From a virus: a stretch of DNA of 64,000 bases. Positions 54,401 through 63,400 of the stretch are shown one piece after another. The position numbers and the translations under genes were made by a program. The notes below the pieces were generated by a model that saw only the letters and a program-made list of their open reading frames with translations, ran no database searches and was not told the origin of the DNA. Numbering within the stretch: position 1 is the first letter of the stretch; every line of letters begins with the position of its first letter. The stretch spans positions 1 to 64,000 of IMG/VR virus record IMGVR_UViG_3300043427_003501; one strand, 5' to 3'.

Positions 54401-57400
54401 AATATTTTGGGCGAAGCGCTTCTCATCGACGTCACGGCATCGAACTCCTACATCGACTATGTAGGTAACACCGGCACCTACTACTACTGGGTCCGCTTCC
54501 TCAGTGTGTCGGACATTGCTGGTCCGTACCAGGGCGTGAATGGTGTTGTGGGCACGCCTGTAGCCGATCCTGCTTTCTTGCTCGATCTGCTCAGTGGAGC
54601 TATCACAGAGGGCGAGCTGTACCAGGGTCTGAACGACCGACTCGACCTGATCGACGGCAATGGTGCCGGCTCGGTCAACGCACGAGTTGCTTTAGAAGCG
54701 GCAAATAGCGCACTAGCGTTGGCTCAAGAGATTGATGCGCGCTCCACAGCAGACGCGATATTCGCACAGGTTGACTCTGCACTCAGTTCCGCTGCGTCTT
54801 CCACAAATCAATCTCTCTCTACCGAAATCAATGCACGAGCAGCCGCAGACAGCATTCTTACTGCCGCTGCAGCAGCGGGTGCCAGCTCCACGCAGGCAAC
54901 CGCAGCATCTCTGGTTCAAGAGCAGAATGCCAGAAGCCTTGCGGAGGCTGCGCTTGCAGCTACAGACGCAAGTTTTGCCGCTCAACTCGCGAGTACCGCT
55001 TCTGCTCTGGCAAGCGAGACAGATGCTAGGCTGAGTAGTGATGCAATTCTGTCCGCCACAAATGCCGTCATCGGCACCCAGATTCAAGATGCCGCGAACG
55101 CGCTTCTTCAGGAGCAGAATGCACGTTCTGTTGCCGATTCTGTAATCTCGGCGGCGAATAACTCTACTGCGGCAGCTGTACAAAATGCAGCCGCCTCTCT
55201 CATTGCAGAGACCAGAGATCGGCTTGCAGCAGACTCTTCGCTGACATCTGTTGCCTCGGCACTGGGTACGCAGCTTCTTAATGCTACGTCTTCGATTGAC
55301 GCGGAGGCTGGTGCGCGAGCGGCATCCGATGCAGTTCTTGCGGCAACATCGACGGTAATTGGAACTCAAGTCCAAGACGCCGCAATCGCGCTTCTTCAGG
55401 AGCAAAACGCCAGGACGGTTGCAGATGCGACCCTGAGTGCAACCTCGGGAGCTCTCAGTGCGGCTATTGCGGAAGCAGCGACGAATCTCATCGCCGAGCA
55501 GGCGAGCAGAGAAGCGACGGACGCACTCCTTTCTGCCGCTAACGCCGCCACAACAGCACAAGCACAGGCTACAAGCGCAGCTCTTGCCGATGAGCTCAAT
55601 GCTCGCACCCTTGCGGATTCGACGATCAGTGCAGTAACTGCGACGCTTGGCACGCAGGTACAGGACGCGGCGAACTCTCTGCTGGCGGAGCAGAGCGCAA
55701 GAGCGCAAGCGGACAGCACGATTGCTGCTGCTACCCAAGCAACAGAGATTCGCGCGCAAGATGCTGCGGCTGCCGTCCTTCAAGAGAAGAACGCTCGCGA
55801 AGTTGCGGATACGATTTTCGCAGCGGCAGATGCTGCGACCGATATTCGTGCGGCGACCATCTCGGCATCGCTTCAGACGGAGATCGATGCGCGAGCGCTC
55901 GCGGATTCCCTGAATGCGGCTAGGGCAGATGTGTTCGAAGTGCGGTCGGCCGAAATCGCCAACTCGGTTGTAGCCGAGATTGCGACAAGAGCGACCGCTG
56001 ATAGCACCATTCAAGCGGCTCTGAATGCTGTTGACGCGACGGCCGGTCAGGCAGTTGCGGCAGTGTTTTCCGAGGTGGATCAGAGAACAACAGCTGATAG
56101 CGCCATTGCGGCTATTTCCTCGGGGCTGATCGCCGCCCAAGCAGGCAACGCCGCTGCAATTCATACAGAACAGCAAGCTCGCGCTGACGCAGACTCGGCT
56201 TCTGCCGGAGTCTCGGCAACTCTTGCCGCTGCCTCTGCTGCATCCGCAGCAGCGCTGACCGTTGAACAAGGTGTTCGGGCCGATGCGGATTCTGCAAACG
56301 CTACCGCGACGGTGTCTCTAGGTGCGGCAGTTGGTCAGAACGCCGCCGCACTCATCGTTGAACAGCAGGTCCGAAGCGATTCGGACTCTGCCGCAGCGAC
56401 CGCGTCAACCTCATTGGCAGCCGCAGTAGGTGCCAATACTGCAGCAATCCAGAGTGAAGTTGCGGTTCGTGCGGGCGAGACCGGAGCGCTTGCATCCCAA
56501 GTAACGGCCATCGGCGTTGCTCTGGACGACAAAGCTAGCGTTAGCTCGGTAAACAGCCTTGCTTTGGATATCCAAACAATTGACGGAGAGCTTACAGCCC
56601 AGGGTCAGCAGATTGCCGCACTCTCGGCATCGATCAATACTGGAACAGAGGAGCTTCAGGCGGCTCTAGAGATCGAGCAACTCGTTCGAGCTTCCGAAAC
56701 AGAGGCACTGACTAGCACAACTACTCTTCTGCAGGCTCAGACGAGCGAAAATGCCGCTGCAATCCAAAATGAGGCGCTTGCTCGAGCTACTGCTGATTCC
56801 GCAGAAGCTGCTCAACGAGTGATCCTCAGTGCTCGGGTTGATTCTGCGGAGCTGGGCATCGCATCTAACGCCGCCGCTCTGGTAACAGAGCAACAAGTCC
56901 GTGCAGATGCGGATAGTTCTGCAGCCGCTCAAGTATCTCAATTGAGTGCAGTAACAGCAGCTAGCTTTGCTGCAATCCAAACGGAGCAACAGACCCGTTC
57001 GGATGCTGATGGCGCAGTTGCTAGCCAGCTATCGCAACTGAGTGCGACGGACGCAGCTAACACTGCGGCAATTCAAACAGAACAACAGACCCGAGCTGAC
57101 GCTGATTCTGCTACCGCATCCCAACTTTCCGGACTGTATGCGGCAACTCAGGCAAATGCAGCTTCGGTTCAAGTTGAACAGCAGGCAAGAGCAGACGCCG
57201 ACGCGGCATCTGCTGCGCAGACCAGTGCTCTTGCGGCAACAACTGCGGCAAACTCGGCTGCATTGCTCGTTGAGCAACAGGCTCGTACCGACGCTGATAG
57301 TGCTACGGCAAGTCAGGTTACTTCACTCGCTTCTTCGGTAGCCGCAGGCGATAGCACAAATGCTGCTGCGCTGATCGTCGAGCAGCAGACTCGTGCGGAC

Positions 57401-60400
57401 TCCGACAGTGCTCTTTCGACCCAAGTCGGAGTTCTTACGGCGTCGGCCAGCTCTAACGCGGCGGCGATTCAGATCGAGCAGCAGGCTCGAGCGGACGCAG
57501 ATAGTGCCGCAAGCACGCAAGTGGCAACTTTGGCTGCGCAGAGTGCCAATACAGTTGCAGGTCTTGTTTCTGAGCAGCAAGTCCGTGCGGACTCCGATAG
57601 CGCGGCATCTCTGCAGATCAACAGTCTCGGAGCAACAGCGGCGGCCAATAGTTCAGCGCTGGCAACAGAACAACAGGCGCGGGCTGACGAGACTTCAGCT
57701 CTCTCTTCGCAAGTTACCAGCCTGAGCGCTCAAGTCACGATTGGTGACCAGAGTAGCGCCGCTGCAATCCTCGTTGAGCAACAAGCTCGCGCTGATGCTG
57801 ACAGCGCTGCCGCCTCTCAGGTTCTTTCTCTTGCGGCTAGCACAGCGACTTCTGCCGCAGCTTTGAGCGCCGAGCAAGATGTCCGAGCTTCGGCCGACGC
57901 TGCAAGCGCTTCTCAGGTGTCAAGCCTTGCCGCCAGTTTGGGCGACAACAGCGCTGGCATTCAAGCGGAACAACTGGCTCGTGCCGATGCAGATTCTGCT
58001 TTTGCTCAGCAATCGACCACATTGGCTGCTGCGACTGCCGCAGCCTCTGCGGGCTTGGTCGCTGAACAACTTGCAAGAGCCGATGAGGATTCCGCTCTCT
58101 CGTCCCAGATCGTTGGTCTTGTCGCCAATGTTGGTGCAAACAACGCTGCTTTGGCTGTCGAGCAGCAGGCTCGAGTTGATTCCGACGCCGCTGTTGCATC
58201 ACAAGTCACAGCTTTGTCGGCATCTGTTGCTCAGGGCGACACACTCGTATCAGCCGCACTGGCAGTTGAGCAACAAGTCAGGGCTGAGTCGGACAGTGCG
58301 ATTTCGTCACAACTGACTTCACTTGCCGCAACGTCGGAAGAAAATGCTGCCGCGATTCTTGTTGAGCAGAACGCTCGTGCAGATGCCGATAGTGCTACAG
58401 CCAGCCAAGTCACAAACCTGGCATCAGGCTTTGGCAGCAATGCCGCTGCACTCCTTGTCGAACAACAAGCTCGTACCGATGCCGATCTTGCAACTGCGGG
58501 CCAGATCACTGGCTTGTCAGCGGCTGTCGGAACAAACGTCGCTGGACTTACCGCAGAGCAGCAAGTTCGGGCCGACTCGGATTCGAGCTTCTCCGGACAG
58601 CTGACGAGTCTGGTTGCCGCTACTGGAGCAACCAGCGCCGGATTGAGCGCGGAGCAGCAAGCTCGCGCTGATGCAGATGCTGCAACATCATCCCAACTGA
58701 CAACCCTGAGTGCTCGTGTTGACCTGGGAGACAGTGCCAACGCAGCAGCCCTCACCGTCGAGCAGCAAGCGCGTGCGGACGCTGATTCAAGCGTTGCGAC
58801 TCAAATCACAACACTTGCGGCCGCCACTGCCAATACCGCAGCAGAAATCACAGCGGAGCAACAGGCTCGTGCTGACGCCGATAGTGCGACCGCAGGGCAG
58901 CTCCTGAACCTTGCAGCTACTAATGCTACAAATGCGGCAGCGCTCCAGGTCGAGCAACAAGTTCGTGCCGATCAAACAAGTGCTCTTAGCCAACAAACCA
59001 GTATCCTGGCCGCTCAGGTTGGGGATGCAACCGCAGGCATTCTCCAAGAGCAGAACGCTCGCGCTACGGCAGATGCAGCTCAAGCCTCTCTGATCACGGG
59101 TCTGCAGGTATCGGCAGATACGGGCTTTCAGATCAACTCAGCGGCTATCGTTCAAGAGCAACAGGCTCGAGTTGACACCGATTCGGCGGTTGCGAATCAA
59201 ATCACAACGCTGAGCGCCCAGGCAGGACAGACCTCGGCGGGTCTGGTCACAGAACAGCAAGTCCGTTCGGATGCGGACAGTGCTTTCTCGTCTCAGGTGG
59301 CGGGTCTTGCGGCTTCTACCGGAGCCAATGCTGCAGCGTTGACCATCGAGCAGCAGACTCGGGCTGATCAAAACTCCTCTCTGTCTTCACAGGTGACATC
59401 TCTGGCCGCTAGCAGCGCCAGCAACAATGCTGCCTTGCAAGTGGAGCAGCAGGTTCGAACCGATGCCGATCTTGCCTCTGCTCAACAAGTTACGACTCTT
59501 GCTGCCGCTACAGCACAAACAACGGCAGGTCTGTTGTCCGAGCAAGAGGTAAGGGCTACTTCTGACCTGGCGCTCTCAGCCACAACAGCGGGTCTGACAG
59601 CGGCGCTTGGCCAGGCGAATGCAAACATTCTGGCGGAGCAACAAGTTCGCGCCGATGCAGACTCCTCGACAGCATCTCAAATAGTTGCGCTCAATGCGAC
59701 AACAGGAAGCAACACCGCTGCGATTCTGTCCGAGCAGACTGTTCGCTCTGACGAAACAGCCGCGCTTGCCTCTCAAATCACAAGTATTACGGTAGCGCTC
59801 GATGATAAGGCTTCGGTAACGGCGCTGAACGCTCTGGATGTCCAAGTACAGACGATTGATGGTGTCGTCGTTGCGCAAGGACAGCAGATTAGCCAGCTTC
59901 TTGCCGAGCAGACAACTGATGTCGCGGCGCTGGAAGCTGCAATCGAGGTCGAGACGCTCGTTCGAGCGGCAGAAACCGAGGCTCTTGTCCAGACGACGGA
60001 GACTCTGACAGCTTCCTTTAACTCAAACGCTGCCGCAATCCAACAAGAGGCAACTGCTCGAGCTGACGGCGATTCAGCTGAAGCGGCTCAGCGGCTCATT
60101 CTTGCCGCCCGAGTCACGGCTACTGAAGGCGACATTGCTGCCAGTCAAGCGGCTCTCAGCGTCGAGCAAACTACTCGCGCCGATGCAGATGGAGCTCTAT
60201 CTGGTCAGGTCACATCACTGAGCGCAACCAGCGCAGGCAACGCTGCAGCGCTCCAGGTCGAGCAACAAGTTCGTGCCGATGCTGATTCTTCAACATCGTC
60301 TCAACTGACATCGCTGACAAGTGCTGTTGGCGCAGCCGCTTCTTCCATTACGGTTGAGCAGCAAACTCGTGCAGATGCCGATGCTTCGTCAGCCTCACAG

Positions 60401-63400
60401 ATTGCAACACTCGGCTCATCAACCGGAAGTAACACTGCTGCCATTCAAACAGAGCAGCAGACTCGTGCTGACGCCGACTCGGCTTCTAGCCTGCAAGTCG
60501 CAACTCTAGCCAGCTCGACAGCCAGCAACACGGCGGGATTGGTAGCAGAGCAGCAGACACGGACTGACCAAGGCTCCGCTCTGTCTTCACAGATCACCGG
60601 ACTGACCGCAACAGTTGGCGCAAGCACTGCGGCTCTGACCGTCGAACAGCAAGCCCGTGCGGACGCGGATTCAGCAGTTGCCTCTCAAGTCACCTCTCTC
60701 GCAGCGTCTGTTGCCACAGGCGATACGATCGTTTCCTCCGCGCTAACGGTTGAGCAACAAGTTCGTGCTGATGCGGATAGCGCCACATCGGCTCAGGTCA
60801 CATCGCTGGCGGCAGCAGTAGGGGCAGATAGTGCCGCTCTTGTTGTAGAGCAGCGGACTCGTGCAGATCAAGACATCAGCCTGTCTTCTCAGGTCACGAG
60901 CCTGTCTGCAGGATTCAGCTCATCGAACGCCGCACTTCAGTTCGAACAGCAGACTCGGGCTGATGCGGACTCGGCGTCAGCCAGCCAAGTCACCACGCTG
61001 GCAGCGCAAACAGCAAGCACAAGCGCCGGTCTTCTTGCCGAGCAGCAGGTGCGAGCTGATGCCGATAGCAGTGTCTCCAGCACGATCAACGGTCTGACGG
61101 CCGCTACTGGACAGAACGCTTCGGCGCTCCTGGTAGAGCAACAGGCTCGCGCTGACGCTGACTCTTCGGCCGCTTCTCAGATTACAGCCTTGACGGCTTC
61201 GACAGGAAGCAATGCAGCTGCAATCCTGAACGAGGTCAGTGTTCGCTCCAGCGAGACTTCGGCTCTTGCAAGCCAGATCAGCTCCATGACGGTGACGCTG
61301 GGCGAAAAGGCCAGCGCTTCCGCTCTGAATGCACTGACCGTTGATGTCCAAACTCTCGACGGCGAGGTGACAGCCCAAGCATCGCAAATTGCCGCGCTGA
61401 CCGCCGCTCAGACGACGGATGTTGCGGACATTCGCGCCGACTTGGAAATTGAGCAGATTGTTCGAGCGTCCGAGACAGAAGCTCTGACACAAACGACAGA
61501 GACGTTGACAGCCTCGTTCGCATCAAACGCCGCAGCGATCGCACAGGAAGCAATTGCACGAGCTGACGCTGACTCGGCTGAAGCTGCACTTCGAGTAGCT
61601 TTGGCTGCAACCGTCGCAACGGGCGATAGCACCAACTCGGCAGCGCTGTCGGTGGAGCAGACGACTCGCGCCGATGCTGATTCCGCTACAAGTGGACAGC
61701 TTACAACTCTGGTCTCGTCGGTAGGATCAAACGCTGCGGCGATCATCACAGAGCAGCAGACCCGAGCCGATGCTGACGGCGCAACGTCGAGTCAGATTGC
61801 AACACTGGCGTCATCTACCGCCAATACAGCCGCAACGCTCGTCACTGAACAGCAGACTCGGGCTGACGCCGACAGCGCTGCATCGTCGCAAGTAACAACG
61901 CTGGCCGCCAACACAGCAGCTACTGGAGCAGCACTTCAGACGGAGCAGCAGACTCGTGCTGACGCAGACTCTGCCTCCAGTTTGCAAGTTGTCACTCTTG
62001 CGGCATCGACAAGCAATACGTCCGCAGGTCTTGTGGCGGAACAGCAAGTTCGCGCAGATCAAAACTCCTCACTGTCCTCGCAAGTCTCTGCGTTGACTGC
62101 CAATGTTGGAGCCAGCGCCGCCGGTTTGATCGTCGAGCAAACCGTTCGCGCACAGGCCGACTCGGCATCGGCCCAGCAGCTCACTGCGCTGGCTGCGGCC
62201 ACGGGAAATAACGCGGCTGCTCTTTCGTCTGAGATCACTACACGGTCTAGCGAGACGTCCGCTCTCGCAAGTCAAATTACAAGCCTGAACACGGCGCTTG
62301 GTGATAAGGCGAGTGCTTCAGCCTTGAACGCTCTGACGGTAGACGTCCAAACACTCGACGGCGAAGTTACTGCACAGGCATCACAGATCGCGGCTTTGAC
62401 GGCAGCGCAGACAACTGATGTAGCCGATATTCGTGCGGACTTGGAGATCGAACAAATCGTTCGAGCTTCGGAAACTGAGGCTTTAACGCAGACGACTGAG
62501 ACGCTGACTTCTTCGGTAGCGTCAAATACTGCGGCAATTCAGCAAGAGGCCACCACTCGCGCAAATGCCGATTCCGCCGAGGCTGCGCTGAGAGTGCAGC
62601 TAGAAGCCACCGTCACTTCGGGAGACTCTACAAACTCTGCGGCGATCACAACTGAGGCCACAACTCGAGCCACTGCTGACTCTGCCGCTAGTGGGCGCAT
62701 CGATGCGCTGACAGCTTCTGTTGGTGATGCTCGTTCTGCCATCATCACAGAGCAGCAAGTTCGCAGTAATGCCGACTCTTCCTCCGCTCAGCAGACGACA
62801 TCCCTAGCTTCGGCTTTTGGGACCAATGCCGCCGCTCTTGTAGTGGAGCAACAGACTCGCGCAGATGCTGACACAGCGTCCTCTTCTCAAACTACAACAC
62901 TTTCATCGGCTGTAGGCGCAAACGCCGCTGCACTGCAAACACAAGCACAAACAAGCTCCACTGCCGACTCAGCGCTGGCCGCACAGTCTTCAATTCTGAC
63001 GGCGAACACAGCTTCGGCAACAGCCGGCCTTGTTGCAGAGGCTCAAGCGCGAGCCACCGCCAACTCTGCCGAAGTACAGCAACTCTCGGCCCTGGTCACA
63101 TCTGCTGGAGCCAACTCCGCAAGCATCGTCGCAGAGCAGACAGCTCGGTCCAACGAGACCTCGTCGCTCTCAACCCAAGTCAACACACTCAGTGCATCCA
63201 CGAGCGCCAACACTGCCGCGATCACTACGGAACAGACTGCTCGAGCCAATGCCGACAGTGCGATGGCCAGCGAAATTCGCCAGGTTCAGGCGGTCGCAAC
63301 AGCTTTTGATGCCGGTATTGCGTGGAATTTCGACAGCGGAGTTGAAGGGTGGACGGCCACAAGCGCAAGCGCATCTGCCGCCAATAGCGTTGTCACACTA

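Noticed and set aside
54713-56269. 518-aa minus-strand ORF and other antisense ORFs within gene J
   Set aside because: Cys/Arg/Ser-rich shadows of Ala-rich sense codons; the + frame carries the real protein
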